Notes: generated by a model from the letters alone, not told the origin. Shown: positions 42,108 through 53,162, numbered from the stretch's first letter. The stretch is 64,000 nt of DNA from Acidimicrobiales bacterium (GCA_041594435.1 JBFHME010000001.1:716-64715); one strand, 5' to 3'. Numbers and translations are program-made.

Positions 42108-43865
42108 TCAACGGATGAGTTTTCCTCGATCCTCGGGAAATGCCGCCGCCCTGCTTGGGATGGGTCGTATGTCCAGCAGACCAACGCCGTTGGTGCTCAG
42201 CCTCTTGGTGATGAACTGCGCCGACACCTGCTCCTGGCCGCTGTTGCCGGTGTAGACGAACTCGGCGTGCGGGGCGAAGAAGATCCCCTCCATCTCGAGC
42301 GAGGATCCACCGGCGAACTTGTGCTGGTCGGTCGACTCCGACCACAACAGCAGATCCTCGAACGGCCCGATCGTCGGGGCGATCCACGTCATGCTTCCCG
42401 AACCGTCACCGACGTCGAGCCTCGACGAGGCGCTCACGTACATCATCACGTTGTGGAGTTCGACCAACGACTGGGATCCCTTCGACAGGGTGCCGTTGCG
42501 GAGGAGGACGAACGCCGCCTCATCGGAGCTGTCGCGGATGTCGTAGAGCGAGCCGTCCGTCCAACTGAAGGTGTTGGTGTTGGAGGTGTTGAAGCGGAGG
42601 GTGGCCTGCCCGGACAGTCCGACGTCGCCGTCGAAGACGACGTTGCCACCGCTGAAGGTCAACTCCTCACCGATCGTCAGGTCACAGTCGACCACCCAGT
42701 TCCCTTCCGGCACGACGACGGTCTCGTTGTTCTTGATCGTGCACGGATAGCCCTCGTCCCGATAGCTACGGAAGCCGGTCGGCGTGCCCGAGGAGCCGAC
42801 GTCATCAACCAGACGGTCGATGTAGGCCGGTCGGGTGGCGGCGTCGCGGCAACCGCCGATCTCGAGATCGGCCGGGTAGGTCGACTTGCAGTTGTACATC
42901 CAATCGAGCGCGGCCCGGGTCATCGGGCTTGATGAGCTGGTCGGGTTCGGTGCGACCATGCCGGTACTGGAGCAGGCCGGGTAGCCGCAGGCACCGGACC
43001 CTGCGGCCACCACTTCGATCCGACCGCAACCGGCGCCGGCAGCGGCGGGCAACTCCGTGTCACAGCCGGGTTCGCCATCGGCTCGGATGGTGGCGTTGCT
43101 GCCACTGGTGTTGATGACTCCTTTGGACTTGCAGGAGCCCGAACCGTCCGAATCGACCATGATCCGGCCGGGAAACACTTCGCCGGTGGCGTCGTCGACG
43201 AACGAGCTCACAACGATGCCGCCTTTGCCTCCGCCGGCACCCGAGACGTTCAGGACTTCGCACTCCTCGCGTTCCAGGAGCAGCAGGTTGATGACCCGAC
43301 CGTCGTCGGGTCCGGGACCGTTCATCGCCACGGCGTGGATGGAGGTCTTCAGTTCGTCGGTGCCGACCACGTGGCCGAAGAAGGCGATGTGGGTCTCCTC
43401 GATTCGCACCCCGAATCGGTCACAGGGGTCGCCGTCACCGGAAACCAGGGGCTGGCCGACCGCACCGATGGCCCCCGGCGACATGAGCGGGCTCGAGTCG
43501 GGCACGGGATGGATGAGCTCGAACGTCGTGGATCCGGCGGTGCCACGGCTCACGACGCTTGTCGTGCTGTCGGTGCATCGGTGGGGAAACGATGCGCAGG
43601 ACAGTCCGGAGATCGTCTGTACCGACGCTTCCTCCAGATAGCCGACCGCGGCCAGACAGGCACCGTCACCGCCGACATCGCCGAGAAGATCCGCCGCCGC
43701 CGAGGCGGCAGAGTCGGCGGCGACCTGGTTGGAGGCTCGATCGGTACGGGCCGCGGCGAGATCGACGACCGTGGCGGCGATGGCCGTGAGTCCGATCAGC
43801 ATGAACGCCACCATCACGATGGTGGCGCCCCGCTCGTTGCGTCGCTCGCCGCCGCTCATGGTCAT
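42108..43865 (-). CDS. TadG-like (Flp pilus-assembly TadG N-terminal domain) large secreted protein
   Basis: N terminus ERGATIVMVAFMLIGLTAIAATVVDLAAA is typical of TadG-related proteins. The Gly/Ser/Thr/Cys-rich remainder suggests a beta-solenoid. Confidence 0.72.
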   Translation of the reverse strand: MTMSGGERRNERGATIVMVAFMLIGLTAIAATVVDLAAARTDRASNQVAADSAASAAADLLGDVGGDGACLAAVGYLEEASVQTISGLSCASFPHRCTDSTTSVVSRGTAGSTTFELIHPVPDSSPLMSPGAIGAVGQPLVSGDGDPCDRFGVRIEETHIAFFGHVVGTDELKTSIHAVAMNGPGPDDGRVINLLLLEREECEVLNVSGAGGGKGGIVVSSFVDDATGEVFPGRIMVDSDGSGSCKSKGVINTSGSNATIRADGEPGCDTELPAAAGAGCGRIEVVAAGSGACGYPACSSTGMVAPNPTSSSSPMTRAALDWMYNCKSTYPADLEIGGCRDAATRPAYIDRLVDDVGSSGTPTGFRSYRDEGYPCTIKNNETVVVPEGNWVVDCDLTIGEELTFSGGNVVFDGDVGLSGQATLRFNTSNTNTFSWTDGSLYDIRDSSDEAAFVLLRNGTLSKGSQSLVELHNVMMYVSASSRLDVGDGSGSMTWIAPTIGPFEDLLLWSESTDQHKFAGGSSLEMEGIFFAPHAEFVYTGNSGQEQVSAQFITKRLSTNGVGLLDIRPIPSRAAAFPEDRGKLIR

Positions 43866-44407
43866 CCCGAGGTCCGCTCGAAGCGGGTTACCGAGTTTGC
43901 GTTGAGGGTGATGGTCCGCGAGAAGATCACGGCTTCGATCTCGGTGTCGCGGGCCAACTGGACCTGAACCCGGCGCTCGTCGGACGGGCGCCCGTCATCG
44001 AAACACGTCTGCCCGGTTTGTACCTGACGGGTTCCCGACCGTTCGACCAGTCGAACCGTCTGGTCGTTGGAGCCGATTCCGTTGGGATACACGTAGGCGA
44101 CGCAGATGAACTGTCCGGCCACGCCGGAGTCGAGATCGCCGGTGGCCGACCCGACGGCGACGTCGGCCACCGTTTCGAGCCATCCGGTGAGATCGTTCTC
44201 GATCGGTCTCACCGCGCCGTAACGCGACGATTCCCGGGCCGCGTTGTTCATGGAGATGCTGCGGTCGTAGGCGGTGCCGACCGTGACGGTGCCGAGAAGG
44301 AACGCCAGGAGGACCGGCAGAACGAGCGCGAACTCGACCATGACGGCACCTCGTTCGTCTCGTCTCCGGGCTTGGCGTTGCCCGTCTTGTCGACCGTATC
44401 TGATCAC
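43862..44407 (-). CDS. TadE-like pseudopilin
   Basis: RDERG/AVMVEFALVLPVLLAFLLG gives a G/xxxxEF prepilin-peptidase-type site plus the TadE hydrophobic segment. 4-nt overlap with the downstream TadG-like gene. Confidence 0.8.
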   Translation of the reverse strand: MIRYGRQDGQRQARRRDERGAVMVEFALVLPVLLAFLLGTVTVGTAYDRSISMNNAARESSRYGAVRPIENDLTGWLETVADVAVGSATGDLDSGVAGQFICVAYVYPNGIGSNDQTVRLVERSGTRQVQTGQTCFDDGRPSDERRVQVQLARDTEIEAVIFSRTITLNANSVTRFERTSG

Positions 44408-44414
44408 CTCCTAC

Positions 44415-44442
44415 ACATCGGGTCGAGGCTCGGACCGCTTGA
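44415..44442 (-). promoter_or_regulatory. Sigma-28-like promoter candidate: TCAA-N16-CCCGATGT
   Basis: Its -10-like octamer ends 8 nt upstream of the TadE-like GTG (44407), implying a leaderless or very short-leader mRNA. Confidence 0.3.
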
Positions 44443-44557
44443 GGATGGGCGGCACCTCCGCCCACCGTCGCCGGGCCGAACGACCCGGGTCCCGCGGCCC
44501 GGGCTCCAAGGCCGTTGCCGCCCCCCACTCCGGCCCCTCGGACGGTCGGGCCGACGG

Positions 44558-45229
44558 TCAGTCGGTGGCGTCGGGTGGTGGGATCCTGGTGCCCGGCACC
44601 CAGCGGCGATCGCTGTTGGCCGGGACCCGTATCATCGGGACGATGACGAGCAGGTAGGCAACGGCGGCGAGGGCGAGCGCCGCGACCGGCATCCACAGCC
44701 AGGCCCGCTGCGTGCCCTCGCCGATGGCCACCGCGGCCCCGATACCGACGAGCCCGATTCCGCCGGCGACCGCCACCGCCATTGCCGATCCGACGAAGAC
44801 CGAGGTGTCGATCACCGCGTCGCGCCGCCGCATGTGGTTGATGCGAACGGTCTCGTTGTAGGCCAACGCGCTGACCCCGCCGACGGTCAGCGCCAAGGGT
44901 CCGAGGTCGGACAGCAGCGCCACGTAGGCCACCAGCGCGTAGAGCAGCACGGCCCCGGTCGCCAACCACATCCACGTGTGACTGCCCGTTTCCATGGCCA
45001 CGTAGTGCAGGATCACGCCGAAGACCACCGCCCCGGCCCCGAAATACAGGCCTGCGTCGGCGAACGCGACCACGGCCCACAACAACATGATCGTCAGGCC
45101 CCCGAGCCACTCGGCATGGGTGTGGTGGGTGACGAAGTTGCCGCGCCAGTCGTTCATCCGCCCTCGCACACCGGCCTTCGCCGGCCCGGGCGCCTTCGAC
45201 CCGGCCGCCGACCTTCCGTTACGCCACAT
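44558..45229 (-). CDS. Hypothetical integral membrane protein
   Basis: Five or six TM segments and no family recognised. Alternative start ATG 45157 (MNDWRGNF). Confidence 0.58.
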   Translation of the reverse strand: MWRNGRSAAGSKAPGPAKAGVRGRMNDWRGNFVTHHTHAEWLGGLTIMLLWAVVAFADAGLYFGAGAVVFGVILHYVAMETGSHTWMWLATGAVLLYALVAYVALLSDLGPLALTVGGVSALAYNETVRINHMRRRDAVIDTSVFVGSAMAVAVAGGIGLVGIGAAVAIGEGTQRAWLWMPVAALALAAVAYLLVIVPMIRVPANSDRRWVPGTRIPPPDATD

Positions 45230-46474
45230 GGTGCGACCGGCCGATGCTGTTACGTTTCCGCACGGCGACCCGGCGCAGCACGTGCTCGAGCGAATCGTCG
45301 GGCTTCCACGGGATCACGACGACCTGACGTTCCCGCAGCCAACGCTCGTTCAGCTCGTTGCCGACGGCAAAGATCCGCCGGGCCAGTTCGCCGATCGTGT
45401 CCTCCGGCTCCGGCAAGGCGGGTTTGATGACCATGATGTCGTGGCCTCGGCTTCGCAGTGTCACCAGCATCGACAGGGTGCGCTCGTTCAGCAGCGGCGA
45501 GATGGCGACGATGGTGGCCGACGGCGGCAGGTTGGCCGGGAGCACCGCCTGCTGTGGGTTGACGTCCTGGGGGAACACCTCGGTGGCCAGCAGGGAGTCG
45601 ACGATCGTGTGGAGGTGGCGGCGCCCGAGCCTCGGCGGCAGCCAGCGGATCGTGCGGCCAACGTCGAGCAGGCCAAGCCGGTCCTGGGCTCGGAGGTGAC
45701 GTTCGCCCAGCGCCATCGCCGCCGTCACCGTCCAACGCAACGACGTTTCGATGTCGACACCGAGATCCTGCGCCGAATCGACGAGAAGAACAATGGTGGA
45801 GGATCGGTCCGGGTGCCGTTCGATCACCATGGGCGTGCCTCGACGGGCGGTCAGCTGGGGGTGGATCATGCGGACCGAATCGCCATGGCGATAGGGACGG
45901 ATCTCGGCGAACTCGCTACCCGTGCCTTTGCTCGTGGCCCGATGTTCTCCGGTCACCGGGCGTTCCCGGTAGAGGGGAATCAGACTGGTCAACCGCTCGG
46001 CCGGCGGATGGACCCGGACCGGTTGATTCACCGGATGTCGGTACACCCGCTCGGAGAGCCCGAGCCGGTCGCGGTTCGTGATGATCACCCATTCGGGCCC
46101 GCTTGCCCCCCATCGCCTGGCCTCGAGTTCGACAGGGAAGGTTCGCCGACTCGACACCGTGGCCACGAACCGGGCCGACGTCACGGGAATCAAGGTTGCC
46201 GGGAACTGGATTTCGATGTCGGCCTCGGTCGCCTGGTCGGCCTCCACCGTCACGGTGAAGGTCAGCCTGTCGCCCTCGACGACCCGATCGACGCTCACGC
46301 CGGTCGACAGCATCCGGACCTCGGGCCACCAGCCGTCGGCCAGCGAGAAGGCCAGTGCGCCGATGAACGGGGCGGCGAGGGCTGCCGGTTCGAGGGCGCG
46401 GAACACCAGTGCCAGGGTCAACCCGCCGAGGCCGATGACGAGGCACAGCCAGAACCGGTGGGTGAGGTGACGGG

Positions 46475-46478
<4 letters not shown>
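45219..46478 (-). CDS. DUF58 domain protein (MoxR-associated)
   Basis: EFAEIRPYRHGDSVRMIHPQLTARRGTPMVIERHPDRSSTIVLLVDS is the DUF58 core. Two N-terminal TM segments. 4-nt overlap with the MoxR gene. Confidence 0.85.
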
Positions 46479-47776
<1,298 letters not shown>

Positions 47777-47788
47777 TCGGTGCTGATC

Positions 47789-48154
47789 CTATCCATGGCG
47801 GAGGTCGAGGCGCGATTCGAGCACTTCGACGATGCGCTCGATGTCGTCGTTCGATGCGTCGAGCGGGATCGGGGCCAGATCGGTGCGATCCCGGCTCGCC
47901 GTGATCAACCGGTTGACCGTGGCCACCAGATCCTGCCGGGCCACCGACTTCCTCGGGGAACGCAGCTGGAGATCGATCGCCTCCAGTTCCCACGGAGTGG
48001 CCGTCAGGCCCGGCGGGCTTGGCGGTTCGACGGTCCGTGGGCCCGCTGAGCGACTCCCCCGGCTGATTCGCCGGTTCAATCGCAACAACAGAACTGCCAG
48101 CCCGATGACGGTGAGCGTCCCGATCAGAGGAAGGAGGTCGGCCAGCAGCGTCAT
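47789..48154 (-). CDS. Small single-pass membrane protein
   Basis: 121-aa ORF with an N-terminal TM, tightly packed between the DUF4129 and MoxR genes. No family recognised. Confidence 0.55.
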   Translation of the reverse strand: MTLLADLLPLIGTLTVIGLAVLLLRLNRRISRGSRSAGPRTVEPPSPPGLTATPWELEAIDLQLRSPRKSVARQDLVATVNRLITASRDRTDLAPIPLDASNDDIERIVEVLESRLDLRHG

Positions 48155-48158
48155 GGGC

Positions 48159-49313
48159 TCACCGGGCCTCGACGGCTCCGGCGGGCCGGGGCGTGTGGGT
48201 CCCGTGGACCAGCCGTTGGAGATGGTCGATCATGTCGCGGCGATCCTGTTCCGTGGCCCTCCCGGGCGCGAATCGGGCCGTGGCGTACAGGTCACAGATC
48301 CGGCCGAGCGTCGTCTCGATGGCGGGAACCGTGTCACTGGCCCGCCGATGCCACTCGAACGGGGTTTCGGTCTCGCTTCGGACCGGCAGACCGCTCAACC
48401 CCTGCTCGACGGCGTGGAAGGCGAGACGGATCGCCCTGGTGGGGTCGGGGTCGGCCGCCAGACGATCGAGGAAGCCGTCGAAATCCTCGGCTCCGTCGGT
48501 GGCCCAGTCGAGCGTCATGGTGACGGAAAAGGTCGGCTCGACATGATTGCGATGCAGGAGGTAGCCGGTGAGGGCACTGGCCACGGCCAGGGCGCCGATG
48601 GTGGCGGCGATCCAGCGCCACGGCAGGGTGCGGGGTGCGGCGATGACGGTCGCCGTGCTCTCCCCCGGCAACTCGATGGGGCTGATGGTGGTTCCGTCGT
48701 TGAGGGCCACGGTGCCGTCGAGCCCGGTGAGCGGGGTCACGGTGTCGCCATCGAATTCCGTGGCCGACACACCCCCGGCTCGCCCGTCGGGCCTCAGCTC
48801 CACCGTCGGGTTGCCGGGAGCGAGAAGGTCGACGCCCCGGTCGGTCGGGGTCAATCCGAGATCATCGGGTCCGATTATTCCCGGCGGCACCGGCTCCAAG
48901 GTTCCGTCGGAGGTGAGTCGGATCCCTGAGCTCGTTCCCGGCACGAGATCGTATTCGCCGTCGCTTTCCTCCACGCTGGCGCGCGCCACGCCGTCGGGAT
49001 CGAACCGGACGACGATGGAACCGTCGTCGCCCGTGATCGTGACCGATGGGGGATCGGCGCTCGTCTGGTTGGCGCTTGGTTCGGGCGGCGGCAGGTTCCG
49101 GGGATCCGGGCCGGGCTGCTCGCTCGGTTGTGCTTGGTCGGCCTCGGGCCGGGGGGCCGCGGAGAGGGCCAGCCCAACCATCACCAGGAGGAAGACCGCT
49201 GCTGGTATCACCACCCAGCGGGTACTACGAACAAGACCGGACACGGCTACCAGTGTGCCCTGGAATGGCACCCCGAGCGAGGGCGACGACCGCGTTTGGG
49301 GAGAGAAGCCCAT
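48159..49313 (-). CDS. DUF4129 domain membrane protein
   Basis: C terminus FDGFLDRLAADPDPTRAIRLAFHAVEQGL...TPFEWHRRA...LYATARFAPGRATEQD matches the DUF4129 pattern. Two TM segments flank an extracytoplasmic region. Confidence 0.75.
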   Translation of the reverse strand: MGFSPQTRSSPSLGVPFQGTLVAVSGLVRSTRWVVIPAAVFLLVMVGLALSAAPRPEADQAQPSEQPGPDPRNLPPPEPSANQTSADPPSVTITGDDGSIVVRFDPDGVARASVEESDGEYDLVPGTSSGIRLTSDGTLEPVPPGIIGPDDLGLTPTDRGVDLLAPGNPTVELRPDGRAGGVSATEFDGDTVTPLTGLDGTVALNDGTTISPIELPGESTATVIAAPRTLPWRWIAATIGALAVASALTGYLLHRNHVEPTFSVTMTLDWATDGAEDFDGFLDRLAADPDPTRAIRLAFHAVEQGLSGLPVRSETETPFEWHRRASDTVPAIETTLGRICDLYATARFAPGRATEQDRRDMIDHLQRLVHGTHTPRPAGAVEAR

Positions 49314-49343
49314 GGCCGCCGCTCGGCCGAAGATCTCCGGACC

Positions 49344-50240
49344 TCAGGTTCCGTCCTCGAAGTCGGCCTGGCCGACCGGCCTGGGGGGAGCGACGACGGT
49401 GTCGTCGAGGTTGTCGAGATCGGCAATGTCCGTTGTCCGGTTCGAGCGTCCGGAGGAGCGGCCGCCCGAGCGGCTGGGGCCGAAGAGACGGCGCAGAATC
49501 GAGGGTAGGCGTACCGGGCGTTCGGCCCGGGGTTTGATCGTGACGGCCCGCGATTCGGCCATCTTCTCCCTCGACAGCGGGTCCTTGACCGAACCCAGCG
49601 CCGTCGTGGAGAGACCGATGAGGATGTTGTAGAAGATGTCGGGCTGGTTCAGAAAGGTGATGAGGCCCAGCGCCTGGTCTTGGCCGGCGCTTTCGATTCG
49701 GAGCGTGCCGTAGTCCAAGATCTCACCGGGAACGGTTCGTTTGAAGGCGATGTCGGTGATACGGGTCAGCGGCATGGCGTCGATGTGGGCCCCGAGAAAG
49801 CCGGCGGAGGCGATCACCCGGCGATTGGTGATGAACAGGCGCTCGTAGAACGCCCACATGCCCGCCCGGTACACGAACCGACTCGCGGCCAGGAGGATCA
49901 GCGTGATCGCCATCGTCTCGAGCCCGAGCACGACGAACCCGACGACCAGCCCTGCCGCCGCGGCGTAGAGGGAGATCTTCTTCCAGTTGTTCTGGCGGTA
50001 CATCACGATGGCGATGGCCAGGGCGAGCAAAAAGAGAAAGCCGCCGAGCGCTCCATCGGGCAGCCCGCCGGCGAACATGGTGATGAGGATGAGGATGGCC
50101 ACCGTCTCGAGGAACGGCTGGATGAGGCTGGCCCAGTGCTTGCGCTCGTTGTACTGCACGACCTCATCGGGAATGAGGACGTCGAGAACGTTGAGGGGGG
50201 TGAAGAGTGATGACGTGCCGCGTGATCCCCGAGCGGCCAT
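49344..50240 (-). CDS. Bacterial PH (bPH_2/YdbT-like) domain membrane protein
   Basis: Two TM hairpins, then FITNRRVIASAGFLGAHIDAMPLTRITDIAFKRTVPGEILDYGTLRIES. Confidence 0.72.
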   Translation of the reverse strand: MAARGSRGTSSLFTPLNVLDVLIPDEVVQYNERKHWASLIQPFLETVAILILITMFAGGLPDGALGGFLFLLALAIAIVMYRQNNWKKISLYAAAAGLVVGFVVLGLETMAITLILLAASRFVYRAGMWAFYERLFITNRRVIASAGFLGAHIDAMPLTRITDIAFKRTVPGEILDYGTLRIESAGQDQALGLITFLNQPDIFYNILIGLSTTALGSVKDPLSREKMAESRAVTIKPRAERPVRLPSILRRLFGPSRSGGRSSGRSNRTTDIADLDNLDDTVVAPPRPVGQADFEDGT

Positions 50241-50251
50241 GACCCGCTACC

Positions 50252-50542
50252 TCAACCGCCGGTGATGCCGTGCTGGTGGCCGTGCACGTAGAGGTCGGTC
50301 GTCGGTGACGTCGGTACGGTTACCTGAGGTCGAATCGTGAGGTTGGCGCCGGTTCCGGCGGACGTCGAGGTCGAGGTCGAGCCGTCCGCGCTGAACAGAC
50401 CGGAGAAGAATTCACCAAGGGCACTGATGAGTCGTCCTACGAAGTCGGCGAAGGCGGCGGCCATGCTTCCGGCCCCCGTTGGATCGTTGTAGATCACGAA
50501 AAGGAGGAAGACGAATGCGAGTGGATAAACCCATTTAGGCAT
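50252..50542 (-). CDS. Small hypothetical membrane protein
   Basis: ATG 50542 (MPKWVYPLAFVFLLFVIY...) follows a GGAGG RBS. The track start 50587 is a GTG without an RBS. GC is lower than in neighbouring genes. Confidence 0.55.
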   Translation of the reverse strand: MPKWVYPLAFVFLLFVIYNDPTGAGSMAAAFADFVGRLISALGEFFSGLFSADGSTSTSTSAGTGANLTIRPQVTVPTSPTTDLYVHGHQHGITGG

Positions 50543-50598
50543 GTTGTGCCTCCGTAGAGGGTCGGAAAAATAACTCGACGACTCCACCCGTCACGTCG

Positions 50599-50628
50599 AT
50601 ACTAACGCCAACTCGGCCCCAATGTCGA
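50599..50628 (-). promoter_or_regulatory. Sigma-70-like promoter TCGACA-N18-TAGTAT
   Basis: Minus-strand reading, 56 nt upstream of ATG 50542 of the small membrane-protein gene. Confidence 0.35.
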
Positions 50629-50669
50629 TCACTGAGGCATTTCTCCGGTGGTGCGACTTCCACAGCAAG

Positions 50670-50688
50670 TTATCCACAGGGTGTGGAT
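50670..50688. promoter_or_regulatory. Exact DnaA-box 9-mer TTATCCACA inside the palindrome ATCCACA-GGG-TGTGGAT
   Basis: Read directly. Additional TCCACA/CCCACA-core copies lie at 50659-50664 and 50693-50703. Confidence 0.45.
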
Positions 50689-50756
50689 GGTTTGTGGGTA
50701 TAAGTTGGGGGAGGGTGGGGGAGCTTGTTCGTCCGAGTCCATGATCACCATGGAAA

Positions 50757-53162
50757 TCAGCGGCACACCCGCTCATACAGCGTGGTTCGTTGGGCCAGGG
50801 AGCGGTTGATCGACGCAGCCAGCGCCTCGAAATCGGCGACCGTGACCTCCTGGCCGTGCGTGGCTCCGGCGGCCCGGGAGATGTTTTCGTCCATGAGGGT
50901 GCCGCCGACATCGTTGCAGCCGGCCCTCAGCAACTGACGCACGCTGTCGAAACCGATCTTGACCCAACCGGACTGAATATTGTCGATCACACCGCGGTAG
51001 GCGATGCGGGCCACGGCGTGCACCAACAGGTTCTCCCGGAACGTCGGCCCCCGTCTGGACTTGCGCTGCAGGTAGATCGGGGCGGCCATGTGCACGAAGG
51101 GGAGGCCCACGAACTCGGTGAACCCACCGGTGTCCGATTGGAGCTCGCGGGTGAGGAGCAGGTGGCGGACCCACGATTCGGGCTGCTCGATGGATCCGAA
51201 CATCATGGTGACGTTCGAACGCAGACCCACCGAGTGGGCTGTGCGATGAGCGTCGAGCCACTCATCGGTCGAGAGTTTGTCGGGGCACAGGTCGCGGCGC
51301 ACGTCGTCGTCGAGGATCTCGGCCGCCGTGCCCGGCAGCGATCGCAGGCCGGCGTCCATGGCTCGACGGAGGTAGTCGGCCAGCGGCTCGCCCAGCCGTT
51401 TGGCCCCCTCGGTCACCTCGAGCGCGGTGAATCCGTGAACATGCATCTCGGGCGCCACCTCCTTCACCGCTCGACACACGTCGATGTAGTAGTCGCCGTC
51501 GAAGTCGGGATGGATGCCGCCTTGCAGGCAGACCTCCGTCGCCCCCTTCTCCCATGCTTCGACGACGCGGGCCTGCATCTCCTCCAGCGTGAGCAGGTAA
51601 GGAGTCCCTCGCAGGTTCAGGCTGAGCGGCCCCTTGGAGAATCCGCAGAACCGGCATTTGAACGTGCAGACGTTGGTGTAGTTGATGTTCCGGTTGATGA
51701 CGTAGGTGATCTCGTCGCCCACGATCTCCCGCCGGAGGTCGTCGGCCAGTGCGGCCACGGCGGCCACTTCGGGGCCGCGGGCCCGGAACAGGGTGAGCAG
51801 CTCATCGAAACCCGGCTGTTCGCCGGCCCGCACCCCGGCGATCACCTCGGCCACGGGCCCGCCGGTCACCGTGACGGCCAGTTCGGGGTCGACGAGGTTG
51901 AGCGGGGTGACCGGCGCGCCCGAGTACCACTGGCTGCTTCGGTCCCCGATGAGAATGACATCGGCGCCACCATCGGAGGAACGGTCACCCTGTTTCACGA
52001 ACGCGGCCTTCTCGGGGAAGACGGCGCCGGGGTCGTCGCGGCCGAGGCCCTCGGCGTCGGAGCGATCGAGCACCGGGAAGCGCAGAGCCGGGTCGAGCCA
52101 CCGGTGCGGTTCGAGCGCGTACTCGGGATGGATCGTGAGGCGAGGGGCCAGGGCGAACCCCCGCGCCTCGGTGGCGGTGCGGAGCCGGTCGAGCGCCGGC
52201 CACGGTCGCTCCGGGTTGACGTGGTCGGCGGTGATCGGGGAGACGCCACCCCAATCGTCGATTCCGGCGTCGAGCAACACGGCGAAGTCGTCGGACAGGT
52301 TGGGGGGTGCCTGGATGTGGACGGCGGGCGGCAGGATCATCCGGGCCAGCGCAATCGCCCGGAGGTACGCGTCGGTGGGACACGGGTCCGACCGCCACAT
52401 TGCCGTGCCCGGTTTGGGCAGGAAGTTCTGGACGATCACCTCCTGCACGTGGCCGTGCCGACGGTGGCTCTCGGCGATGGCGGCGAGGGCCTCGATCCGG
52501 TCGGCCTCGGACTCGCCGATGCCGACGAGGATGCCGGTGGTGAACGGGATGGCCAGCTGACCCGCTGCGTCCAGGGTGGCGAGGCGCCGCTCCGGTGTTT
52601 TGTCGGGGGCGTTGCGATGGCAGTCGAGATCGGCGCGGAGGGTCTCGATCATCATGCCCTGACTGGGTGACACGGCCCGCAGCAGAGCGAGTTCGTCGGC
52701 GTCGAGCGCTCCGGCGTTGGCGTGGGGCAGCAGGCCGGTTTTCTCCAGGACGAGTTCGGCCATGGCGCCCAGGTAGTCGATCGTCGACCCGAAGCCGTGG
52801 TCGTCGAGCCACTGCCGCGCTGCCGGATAGCGCAGCTCGGGTCGCTCGCCCAGGGTGAACAGCGCCTCGTGGCAGCCGACCTTCGCTCCCTGCCGGGCGA
52901 TGGCCACCACCTCGTCCGGGCCGAGGTAGGGCGCCTCGACCCGGGCCGGGGGCTGGGCGAAGGTGCAGTAGCCGCACTGGTCACGGCAGAGTTTGGTCAG
53001 GGGAATGAACACCTTCGGGGAGTAGGTGATCCGGCGGCCGAACGCGTCGTTCCGGCGGCGGGCGGCCCGAGCCAGCAGCTCCGCGGTCGGCAGACCGTGG
53101 TCGATCCACTCGGCCGGCGGCGAGGCGTCGTGGCCGGGGGACGGTGTAGCGGTTGCGGTCAT
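50757..53162 (-). CDS. fbiC: Bifunctional FO synthase (CofG+CofH fusion) for F420 biosynthesis
   Basis: Two radical-SAM halves with CxxxCxxC (CRDQCGYCTF and CTFKCRFCGF). 801-aa length and domain order typical of actinobacterial FbiC. Confidence 0.92.
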   Translation of the reverse strand: MTATATPSPGHDASPPAEWIDHGLPTAELLARAARRRNDAFGRRITYSPKVFIPLTKLCRDQCGYCTFAQPPARVEAPYLGPDEVVAIARQGAKVGCHEALFTLGERPELRYPAARQWLDDHGFGSTIDYLGAMAELVLEKTGLLPHANAGALDADELALLRAVSPSQGMMIETLRADLDCHRNAPDKTPERRLATLDAAGQLAIPFTTGILVGIGESEADRIEALAAIAESHRRHGHVQEVIVQNFLPKPGTAMWRSDPCPTDAYLRAIALARMILPPAVHIQAPPNLSDDFAVLLDAGIDDWGGVSPITADHVNPERPWPALDRLRTATEARGFALAPRLTIHPEYALEPHRWLDPALRFPVLDRSDAEGLGRDDPGAVFPEKAAFVKQGDRSSDGGADVILIGDRSSQWYSGAPVTPLNLVDPELAVTVTGGPVAEVIAGVRAGEQPGFDELLTLFRARGPEVAAVAALADDLRREIVGDEITYVINRNINYTNVCTFKCRFCGFSKGPLSLNLRGTPYLLTLEEMQARVVEAWEKGATEVCLQGGIHPDFDGDYYIDVCRAVKEVAPEMHVHGFTALEVTEGAKRLGEPLADYLRRAMDAGLRSLPGTAAEILDDDVRRDLCPDKLSTDEWLDAHRTAHSVGLRSNVTMMFGSIEQPESWVRHLLLTRELQSDTGGFTEFVGLPFVHMAAPIYLQRKSRRGPTFRENLLVHAVARIAYRGVIDNIQSGWVKIGFDSVRQLLRAGCNDVGGTLMDENISRAAGATHGQEVTVADFEALAASINRSLAQRTTLYERVCR

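Noticed and set aside
50696-50720. Possible G-quadruplex (GGG...GGGGG-A-GGG-T-GGGGG)
   Set aside because: Four G-runs are present, but the first loop is long. G-rich runs are expected in this composition, and I cannot evaluate stability without computation. It is mentioned only as part of the DnaA-box finding.
50657-50721. DnaA-box cluster interpreted as the chromosomal origin (oriC)
   Set aside because: There are no dnaA, dnaN, rpmH or parAB genes nearby and no AT-rich unwinding element. Only one exact box plus three imperfect copies are present. It is reported as a possible regulatory or titration site, not an origin.
50790-52670. 626-aa plus-strand ORF
   Set aside because: It is entirely antisense to fbiC, whose two radical-SAM halves are unmistakable. 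Its composition is typical of shadow ORFs in high-GC DNA.
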